Positions 56,520 through 64,000 of a DNA stretch of 64,000 nt are shown here, one piece after another. The notes under the pieces were generated by a model that saw only the letters and a program-made list of their open reading frames with translations, was not told the origin of the DNA and made no database searches. Source of the stretch: an uncultured Alphaproteobacteria bacterium (GTDB lineage Bacteria > Pseudomonadota > Alphaproteobacteria > Rhizobiales > Xanthobacteraceae). The DNA lies in assembly GCA_963761245.1 (NCBI GenBank), contig CAVXGN010000043.1:76926-140925 (forward strand). Reading direction: 5' to 3'. Both the position numbers and the translations under genes were made by a program. Every line of letters starts with the position of its first letter. Position 1 is the first letter of the stretch.

Positions 56520-58022
56520 ATGTTTCCGACGCCGAAGCCTTCGCTCACGCCCAATACCTATGCCTATGAGTCCTCGCCGCTGGTGAAGCCGACCGGCTTC
56601 CGCGAATACGACGCGCGCTGGCTGCTGGAGAAGGAGATCAACCTGATGGGCGTGCAGGCGCTCGGCATGGGGCTCGGCACGCTGATCCGCGAAATGGGCG
56701 TCAAGCCGGAGATCGTCACCGGGCACGACTTCCGCAGCTATTCCGCCTCGGTCAAACTGGCGCTGGTCACCGGCCTGATGGCCGCCGGCTGCAAGGTGCA
56801 CGACATCGGGCTCGCCATCACGCCGATGGCCTATTTCGCGCAGTTCGCCCTCGATGTGCCTTGCGTTGCCATGGTCACCGCCTCGCACAACGACAATGGC
56901 TGGACCGGCGTGAAGATGGGCGCCAACCGGCCGCTTACCTTCGGCCCCGACGAGATGACGCGGCTGAAGGAGATCGTGCTGAACGCCCAGTTCAAGCTGC
57001 CCGGCGGCGGCGCTTACGTCTTCGTGGAGAATTTCCCCGACCGCTACATCGCCGATGTGACCAACCGTCCCAAGATCAAACGCAAGCTGAAGGTGGTGGC
57101 GGCCTGCGGCAACGGCACCGCCGGCGCCTTCGCGCCGCGCGTCCTGGAGGCGATCGGCTGCGAGGTGGTGCCGCTCGACTGCGATCTCGACCACACCTTC
57201 CCGCACTACAATCCCAACACCGAAGACATGAAGATGCTGCATGCCATGCGCGACGCGGTGCTGGAGCATAAGGCCGATGTGGCCTTGGGCTTCGACGGCG
57301 ACGGCGACCGCTGCGGCGTGGTCGACAACGAAGGCGAGGAAATCTTCGCCGACAAGGTCGGCGTCATGCTGGCGCGCTGGATGTCGGAGAGCGCACAAGG
57401 GCGCCACCTTCGTGGTCGACGTCAAATCGACCGGCCTGTTCCTCACCGATCCGGTGCTGAAAGCCAACGGCGTCAAGGCCGACTACTGGAAGACCGGCCA
57501 TTCCTACATCAAGCGCCGCGTCAACGAATTGAACGCGCTCGCCGGCTTCGAGAAGTCCGGCCACTTCTTCTTCAACAAGCCCTATGGCCGCGGCTATGAC
57601 GACGGCATGATCTTCGGGCTCGCGGTCTGCGACATGCTCGACCGCAATCCGGACAAGAGCATGGCCGACCTGCGCACGCGCGCTGCCGAAAACCTGGGGC
57701 TCGCCCACCATGTCGCCGCATTGCGACGACGAGAAGAAATACGCGCGTGGTCGACGCGGTGGTGAAGCATTTCCAGGACGCCCAGACGAAGGGCGCGAAG
57801 GTCGCCGGCGAGCCGATCCGCGATCTGGTCACGGTCAACGGTGTGCGCGTCACCGTCGAGGACGGCACCTGGGGCCTGGTGCGCGCGTCATCGAACAAGC
57901 CCGAGCTGGTGGTCGTGGTGGAAAGCCCGGTGTCGGAGCAGCGCATGCGCGACATGTTCAAGGCGGTCGACGGCGTGCTGCGCACGCATCCGGAAGTCGG
58001 CGAGTATAATCAGACGATCTAG
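56520..58022 (+). CDS. Phosphomannomutase/phosphoglucomutase; apparent frameshifts near 57390, 57680 and 57745
   Basis: FREYDAR, VTASHN, FDGDGDR, KTGHS, EKSGH, LVRASSN. Confidence 0.93.
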
Positions 58023-58027
58023 CGCTT

Positions 58028-58132
58028 GCTGTCATCGCTCGCGAAATCGGGCGATCCAGTAGATGCAGAGTTTGTTGTTACCCAATAATGTCGGTGATTA
58101 CTGGATGCCCCGCTGGCGTGGGGCATGACAGC
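58028..58132. repeat. REP doublet (GTCAT..ATGAC ends)
   Basis: GCTGTCAT..ATCCAGTA...TACTGGAT..ATGACAGC inverted arrangement. Confidence 0.7.
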
Positions 58133-58138
58133 TTGAGG

Positions 58139-58606
58139 CTAAAACCCCCAAAACCGCCCGGTGCCGCCGATGACGACCACGATCAGCCCGAGCGGCATAT
58201 TGATCATGATGATCTGGCGGATGCGCTCGATCTGCGCGCCCGCCGCCGGCCAGTCCTGCGCGTCGACGGCGCGCTTGAACTTCAGCCACGGTCCGTGGAA
58301 CAGCCACAGGTAAAGCGCGATCATCACCCAGCCGATCGCCTGCATCAGGTTGATGTAGGACGGCGCGCCGGCAAAGCCGCCGAAGGTGGTCAGCAGCATC
58401 CAATAGCCGCTGGCGAGCAGCAGCAGGATCGAGACCCAGACCCACGGAAAGAATTTGGCGAAGAATCGCCGCCACAGCGCCAGCCGCTGCGGCGGCTCCA
58501 GCGCGCCGACGGCCGGACGCAGGCACATATAGGCCGCGAACATGCCGCCGACCCAGACCACGGCGCCGAGGATGTGGAGCGTGAGGGCGAGGGTGGTGTG
58601 CAACAT
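58139..58606 (-). CDS. CopD-like/DUF4149 membrane protein
   Basis: LHILGAVVWVGGMF..LRPA; four TM helices. Confidence 0.8.
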   Translation of the reverse strand: MLHTTLALTLHILGAVVWVGGMFAAYMCLRPAVGALEPPQRLALWRRFFAKFFPWVWVSILLLLASGYWMLLTTFGGFAGAPSYINLMQAIGWVMIALYLWLFHGPWLKFKRAVDAQDWPAAGAQIERIRQIIMINMPLGLIVVVIGGTGRFWGF

Positions 58607-58642
58607 GGGCGCACGTTAGCACATGGCGTCGGCTCACCACCA

Positions 58643-58725
58643 CGCTCGTCCCCGCGCAAGCGGGGACCCAGGGCGACACGCACGGGTCGTAAGAACTGGA
58701 TTCCCGCTTGCGCGGGAATGAACGG
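58643..58725. repeat. REP doublet
   Basis: CGCTCGTCCCCGCGCAAGCGGGGACCCAG...CTGGATTCCCGCTTGCGCGGGAATGAACGG. Confidence 0.85.
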
Positions 58726-58764
58726 AGATTGGTGCAAGGCGCGTGTCTGTAGTATTCCGGCGAC

Positions 58765-59893
58765 ATGCGCATTGTCATCATCGGTGCCGGGCCGGCCGGG
58801 CTTTATCTCGGATATCTGCTGAAGCGCCGGCGTGCCGACGCTGAGATAACGGTCGTCGAGCAGAACCCGCCCAATGCCACCTTCGGCTTCGGCGTGGTGT
58901 TCTCCGACCGCGCGCTCGAATTCCTGCACGAGGACGATCCCGACACCTTTACGGCGATCACGCCGCAGATGGAATCCTGGGACGACATGACGCTGGTGCA
59001 CCGCAACGAGCGCGTCACGATCGACGGTATCGGCTTTGCCGCCATCGGACGCCTGAAGCTATTGCAGTTGCTGCAAGAGCGCGTGCGTTCGGTCGGCGTC
59101 GAGCCGCAGTTCGGCCGCGCCGTCAGCCGCGCTCGACGAATTCGCCGACGCCGACCTGATCGTCGGCGCCGACGGCGTCAATTCGCTGGTGCGCAACACC
59201 TTGGCCGATGCGTTCGGCGCCAGCGTCATCCATCTCGCCAATCGATTCGCCTGGTTCGGCACCAGCCAGAGCTTCGCCACTTTGACGCAGACCTTCCGCC
59301 ATACGCCGATCGGCGATTTCAACGCGCATCACTACCGCTACGCGCCCAGGCGCAGCACCTTCATCGTCGAGATCGATGAGGCGACTTTCGCGCGCGCCGG
59401 CTTCGAAAGGATGATGGACGCGGAAGCGCGCACGCTATGTGAAAAGGTGTTTGCTTCGACGCTCGACGGCCACCCGCTGATTTCCAACAATTCGATCTGG
59501 CGGCGCTTTCCGGTGGTGCGCAATGCGCGCTGGCATCACGGCAAACATGTGCTGATCGGCGACGCGTTGCATACCGCGCATTTCTCCATCGGTTCCGGCA
59601 CGCGGCTCGCGATGGAGGACGCCATCGCGCTCGAGCGCGCTTTGGCCGAGCATGGCGACGACGTCGCCGCCGCATTGCCGGCCTTCGAGGCGGCGCGCCG
59701 GCCGATTGTCGAGAAGCTTGTCACCGGCGCCACCATGAGCGCGGCCTGGTACGAGCGTTTCGCCGAGCACATGCAGTTGCCGCCGCTCGACTTCGCCATG
59801 AGCTACATCATGCGCTCCGGCCGCATCGACCTCGACCGGCTGGCCAAATTGTCGCCGCGCTTTGTCGCGCGCTACCGGCAAGAGCACGGGTAG
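58765..59893 (+). CDS. FAD-dependent monooxygenase; apparent frameshift near 59128
   Basis: IIGAGPAG, TFGFGVVFSD, GADGVNS, GDALHTAHFSIGSGTRLAMED. Confidence 0.88.
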
Positions 59894-59905
59894 GGCGCCC
59901 TACAC

Positions 59906-60054
59906 CCGCTCGTCCCCGTACTCGGGTCCAGCCTTCGGCTGGCCCGAGCACAGGCTCCCGCGGGGACCCAGGGGCGGAATAATGCCGACTTGCGATTTAG
60001 CACTGGATTCCCGCTGGAGCCCGCCCCCGCGCAGGCGGGGGCGGGAATGAGCGG
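59906..60054. repeat. REP doublet with extra hairpins nested in both arms
   Basis: Same termini as the 24302/58643 family, but the loops are expanded by internal stem-loops. Confidence 0.75.
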
Positions 60055-60065
60055 ACCAATGACGC

Positions 60066-60110
60066 TTGACAGTCGTTTTGGTCTCCTGTAATTAACCTGA
60101 TAAGTTAATT
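60066..60110 (+). promoter_or_regulatory. Sigma70-type promoter and probable ArsR operator
   Basis: TTGACA at 60066; AATTAAC-N7-GTTAATT palindrome at 60090-60110, just upstream of the arsR-family gene. Confidence 0.65.
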
Positions 60111-60130
60111 AACTAAACGGTGAAATACAA

Positions 60131-60490
60131 ATGTCGTCCGACCGCCTCAGCGCCACCTTCTCGGCTCTCGCCGACCCGACCCGGCGCGCCATCCTGGCGC
60201 GGCTGGCGCTCGGCGAAACCACGGTCAGCGAGCTCGCCAAGCCGTTCAAGATGAGCGGGCCCGCCGTCACCAAGCATCTGAAGGTGCTGGAGCACGCCGG
60301 CCTGATCGCGCGCGGCCGCGAGGCGCAGTGGCGTCCCTGCCGGCTCGAGCCGCAGGCACTCAAGCCGGTCGATGACTGGCTGGAGGAGTACCGCCGGCTC
60401 TGGGAACAGCGGCTCGACCGGCTCGAGGATTATCTGAAAACGCTGCAAGCAAAGCCGAAGAAGGAGCGTAAACGTGTCCGAAAAAAATGA
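60131..60490 (+). CDS. ArsR/SmtB-family regulator
   Basis: FSALADPTRRAIL..KHLKVLEHAGLI. Confidence 0.9.
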   Translation: MSSDRLSATFSALADPTRRAILARLALGETTVSELAKPFKMSGPAVTKHLKVLEHAGLIARGREAQWRPCRLEPQALKPVDDWLEEYRRLWEQRLDRLEDYLKTLQAKPKKERKRVRKK

Positions 60491-60962
60491 TCTCGATCTC
60501 GAAACCGATCCGCGCTCGATCATCGGGTCGCGCGTGTTCGATGCGCCGCGCGCATTGGTATTCTCCGCCTTCACCGATCCGCAGCACTTGGCGCAATGGT
60601 GGGGTCCGAACGGCTTCACCACGACGACGCATGCGTTCGACTTCCGGCCCGGCGGCGTCTGGCGCTTCGTCATGCATGGGCCGGACGGCCGCGATTACCA
60701 GAACCGCGTCACCTATGACGAGATCGTGCCGCCCGAGCGGTTGGTCTACCACCACGGCGGTGGTGACGACGTCGAGCCGGTGCAGTTCAGCCAGACTTTG
60801 ACCTTCGAGGATCTCGGCAACGGCAAGACGCGCCTCACCTGGCACGGCACGTTCCCGTCGGCCGATGAGCGCGCACGCGTGATCAAGGAATACGGCGCCG
60901 ACAAGGGCCTGGTGCAGACCATGGCGCGGCTCGCCGACTACGTCGTGGCGATGGCGCGCTAG
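60474..60962 (+). CDS. SRPBCC/AHSA1-domain protein
   Basis: RVFDAPRALVF..WWGPNGF..DFRPGG. Confidence 0.88.
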   Translation: MSEKNDLDLETDPRSIIGSRVFDAPRALVFSAFTDPQHLAQWWGPNGFTTTTHAFDFRPGGVWRFVMHGPDGRDYQNRVTYDEIVPPERLVYHHGGGDDVEPVQFSQTLTFEDLGNGKTRLTWHGTFPSADERARVIKEYGADKGLVQTMARLADYVVAMAR

Positions 60963-60987
60963 TCATGTCCGGCTTGCGGCATGCACT

Positions 60988-61079
60988 CCGTTCATTCCCG
61001 CGTAAGCGGGAATCCAGAGCCACGATCGCAGAGTCGGCGAACAGTAGTTCTGGGTCCCCGCTTGCGCGGGGACGAACGG
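60988..61079. repeat. REP doublet
   Basis: CCGTTCATTCCCGCGTAAGCGGGAATCCAG...CTGGGTCCCCGCTTGCGCGGGGACGAACGG. Confidence 0.85.
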
Positions 61080-61102
61080 ATAAGCTGGTTCTCAGACGAC
61101 AC

Positions 61103-61549
61103 TCACGACAGCGCCCGCAGTGCCGTGCGCAAGGCATCGGCGCTGGCGCCCGCAACGTCCTTCTCGGCCGCGGCGTGTTCGCGCTTCCAGATCGGAAACG
61201 CCTTGGCCAGCAGAGTGCGGCCGGCCGGCGTGATGGCGAGACGCCGGCTGCGTTTGTCTTGCCTGTCGACCGCGACCTTCACCAGCTTGCGGCGCGCCAG
61301 CACTTTGAGCGCGGCAGTCAGCGTGGTGCGGTCCATGGCGAGCAAATTGGCGACGCTGCCCAGCGTCGGCGGTTCCGGCCGGTTGAGCGACATCAGCAGC
61401 GAGAACTGCCCGTTGGTGAGGTCGAGCGGCCGCAGCGCCTCGTCGAAGCGCCGCGCCAACGCGCGCGCGGCCCGCTGGGCGTGCAGGCACAGGCAACAAT
61501 CGCGCACCACCGGGGTCATCTCGAACGGCAACAAATCGGCGTTTGACAT
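61103..61549 (-). CDS. MarR-family regulator
   Basis: CLCLHAQRAAR, LTNGQFSLL, MDRTTLT, DKRSRRLAITPAG. Confidence 0.88.
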   Translation of the reverse strand: MSNADLLPFEMTPVVRDCCLCLHAQRAARALARRFDEALRPLDLTNGQFSLLMSLNRPEPPTLGSVANLLAMDRTTLTAALKVLARRKLVKVAVDRQDKRSRRLAITPAGRTLLAKAFPIWKREHAAAEKDVAGASADALRTALRALS

Positions 61550-61557
61550 GCGCCATT

Positions 61558-61575
61558 TACGTTGATATCAACGTA
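61558..61575. promoter_or_regulatory. Probable MarR operator
   Basis: Perfect 18-bp palindrome TACGTTGATATCAACGTA between the divergent marR and VOC genes. Confidence 0.75.
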
Positions 61576-61609
61576 TTTGTCAATGACCGAGTTCCAAGGA
61601 GCAACAGTT

Positions 61610-62017
61610 ATGCAAGTCCAGCCTTATTTGTTCTTCGACGGCCGCTGCGAGGAGGCCCTCGACTTCTACAAGAAAACGCTCGGCGCCACAGTCGAGATGA
61701 TGATGCGCTTCAAGGACAGCCCGGAGAAGAACCCAATGTGCACGCCCGATAACGTGGAGAAGGTGATGCACTGCTCCTTCAAGATCGGCGATACCGCGAT
61801 CATGGGTTCCGATGGCCGCAACACCGGCCAGCCGAAATTCGACGGCTTCGCGCTCTCGCTCGACGCCAAGAGCGACGACGACGCCAAGAAAATGTTTGGC
61901 GCGCTGTCGGACGGCGGCGAGGTCGCCATGCCTCTGGGCCCGACCTTTTTCGCCACCAGCTTCGGCATGCTGCGCGATCGCTTCGGCGTCCACTGGATGG
62001 TGATCAAGGCAAAATGA
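61610..62017 (+). CDS. PhnB-like VOC protein
   Basis: PYLFFDGRCEEA, KVMH, FGMLRDRFGVHWM. Confidence 0.88.
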   Translation: MQVQPYLFFDGRCEEALDFYKKTLGATVEMMMRFKDSPEKNPMCTPDNVEKVMHCSFKIGDTAIMGSDGRNTGQPKFDGFALSLDAKSDDDAKKMFGALSDGGEVAMPLGPTFFATSFGMLRDRFGVHWMVIKAK

Positions 62018-62054
62018 AGCGAAGCGCTGTCCAACAACAAGGTGGAGGAATGCT

Positions 62055-62562
62055 ATGGCCGACCAGGCGTCGAAAGAATTCGTCATCTCCCGCGTATTCG
62101 ACGCGCCGCGCGATCCTGTTCTGGCAATGCTTCACCGATCCGGAGCGCATGAAGCACTGGTGGGGCCCCAAGGGCTTCACCGTCATCGCCTCGAAAATGG
62201 ATCTGCGCGTCGGCGGCACCTATCACTACGGCATGACGGCGCCGAACGGCGCCCCGATGTGGGGCCTGTTCACCTATCGCGAGATCGTGCCGCAAGAGAA
62301 GCTGGTCTTCGTCAACTCGTTCTCCGACGAGAAGGGCGGCGTCACGCGCCATCCCGGCAGCGCGACCTGGCCGTTGTACATGCTCTCGACCTTCACTTTC
62401 GAGGATGCGCCCGGCGGCAAGACCAAGTTCACCGTGCGCTGGCAGACGCTCGACGCCACGCCTGAAGAGCAAGAGACCTTCGACACCATGCACGCCAGCA
62501 TGACGCAAGGCTGGTCCGGCACCATGGAGCAGCTCGAGGCCTATCTGAAGACAGCGAAATAA
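62055..62562 (+). CDS. SRPBCC/AHSA1-domain protein; apparent frameshift near 62115
   Basis: ISRVFDAPR..HWWGPKGF..DLRVGG..MTQGWSG. Confidence 0.82.
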
Positions 62563-62604
62563 ACGTGTCGCGCCTGAGTTCGACTGCGGTTGAGAGGAAA
62601 AGCA

Positions 62605-63108
62605 ATGCCGATCGCCAAGCACAAGATCACGCCTTGCCTTTGGTTCGACACCCAAGCCGAAGAGGCGGCCAATTTCTATTGCTCGATCTTCAAGAATTCC
62701 AAGATCGGCAAGATCAGCCGCTTCCCGGAAGCGGGTCAGGAAGTTCACAAGAAGCCGGCCGGCTCGGTGATGGTGGTGCCGTTCGAACTGGACGGGCAGC
62801 CGTTCACCGCGCTGAACGGCGGGCCGGACTTCAGTTTCACCGAGGCGGTGTCGTTCCAGGTGATGTGCGAAACGCAGGACGAGATCGACTATTTCTGGAG
62901 CAGGCTGACCGAAGGCGGACAGGAAGGCCCCTGCGGCTGGCTGAAGGACAAGTTCGGCCTGTCGTGGCAAGTGGTGCCGGCGGCGATCCCGACCATGATG
63001 ACCGACCCGGACGCCAGGAAGTCCGCGCGCGTGATGAACGCCTTCATGACAATGAAAAAGCTCGACGTCGCGGCGCTCGAACGCGCCTATGCGGGCGAGG
63101 CGGCATGA
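62605..63108 (+). CDS. VOC/3-demethylubiquinone-9 3-methyltransferase-like protein
   Basis: KITPCLWFD, ALNGGP, CGWLKDKFGLSWQVVP. Confidence 0.88.
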   Translation: MPIAKHKITPCLWFDTQAEEAANFYCSIFKNSKIGKISRFPEAGQEVHKKPAGSVMVVPFELDGQPFTALNGGPDFSFTEAVSFQVMCETQDEIDYFWSRLTEGGQEGPCGWLKDKFGLSWQVVPAAIPTMMTDPDARKSARVMNAFMTMKKLDVAALERAYAGEAA

Positions 63109-63576
63109 GCGCGCGCACGCCCTACGGCGAGGCAACCGTCACGCTGACGCGCGTCCTCGACGCACCGCGCGCGCTGGTCTGGCGCGCCTGGACCGATCCG
63201 AAACACATGGGACAATGGTTCGGCCCGCGCGGCTTCACGGCGGACTGCGAGCTGGACCTGCGCGTCGGCGGCGCCTTCCGCATCGTGATGCACGGCTGCG
63301 ACGGCAACGACTATCCGATGAAGGGCGTGTTCCGCGAGATCGTGCCGCCGCGAGCGGCTGGTGTTCACCAACATCGCCGTCGACAAGGACGATCATCACC
63401 TGCTGGAAGGCGAAACCACGGTCATCCTGGAAGAAGAGGGCGGCAAAACCAAGCTCACATTGCACACCTACGCCAAGGGCCTCGTCCCCATCGCGCCGCA
63501 GATGCTGGCCGGCATGGAAGCGGGCTGGAGCCAGAGCCTGGAGAAGCTGGCGGAGCTTGTCGTGCGGGCCGCATAA
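63105..63576 (+). CDS. SRPBCC/AHSA1-domain protein; apparent frameshift near 63350
   Basis: TRVLDAPRALVWRAWTDP..WFGP..GMEAGWSQSL. Confidence 0.82.
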
Positions 63577-63618
63577 GCGCCGGCTGAATCACTGAATTTC
63601 CGCAAAGGGAGAAATTTC

Positions 63619-63978
63619 ATGGCTTACGTCGATGGATTTGTTGTCCCCGTGCCGAAGAAGAGCCTCAAGGCCTATCGCAGCATGGCGAAGAAGGCCGGCA
63701 AGGTCTGGCGCGATCACGGCGCGCTGGCATTCCGCGAGTCCGTCGCCGACGACGTCAAAGTAGGAAAACGAACGTCGTTTCCGCGCAGCGTGAAACTCAA
63801 GTCCAACGAGACGGTGATGTTCTCCTACATCGTCTACAAGTCGCGCGCGCAGCGCGACCGCGTTGTTGCCAAGGTGATGAAGGACAAGCGCCTCGCCAAG
63901 ATGATGAACCCAAAGGCCATGCCGTTCGATGCCAAGCGGCTGATCTACGGCGGATTCAAGGTCCTGGTCGATCTCTGA
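63619..63978 (+). CDS. DUF1428 (YbaA-like) protein
   Basis: MAYVDGFVVPVP..TSFPRSV..MPFDAKRLIYGGF. Confidence 0.88.
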   Translation: MAYVDGFVVPVPKKSLKAYRSMAKKAGKVWRDHGALAFRESVADDVKVGKRTSFPRSVKLKSNETVMFSYIVYKSRAQRDRVVAKVMKDKRLAKMMNPKAMPFDAKRLIYGGFKVLVDL

Positions 63979-64000
63979 CGCGGCGATAGCGCGTCCGGAA

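Noticed and set aside
605-63576. Numerous frameshifts that could indicate pseudogenes or programmed frameshifting
   Set aside because: Single-base indels occur throughout, including in housekeeping genes, without accompanying in-frame stops or a shared slippery motif. Long-read consensus error is the simpler explanation.

Overview
GC-rich alphaproteobacterial chromosome segment. Gene content and order (chvI-chvG-hprK-EIIA-HPr-ahcY next to pckA, plus lepA, polA, ugd, hrpB and a phosphohexomutase) suggest Hyphomicrobiales, probably Xanthobacteraceae/Nitrobacteraceae; this is inference. Many genes are split by single-base indels that look like long-read consensus errors. I saw no rRNA, tRNA, CRISPR array, integrase or transposase. 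Main observation: a recurring, integrase-free tandem-duplication pattern. The 3' ends of core genes are repeated 0.1-1.7 kb away: a GMC oxidoreductase together with a PDH-E1-like gene, ahcY (three copies) and pckA. The extra ends bracket accessory cargo genes, and polA carries a 2.58-kb internal tandem duplication. In the pckA, polA and GMC/PDH cases the extra copies differ mostly at silent codon positions, and two junctions fall on short microhomologies. This fits single-crossover capture of circularised DNA from related strains, which would add the donor's downstream gene without destroying the host gene. Second observation: three different palindromic repeat families sit inside the coding sequences of the PDH-E1-like gene, polA and hrpB. 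Also present are a ~400-bp element with four adjacent UGGC-loop hairpins and a 26-aa-repeat peptide remnant (NLN[T/S]SRSN).
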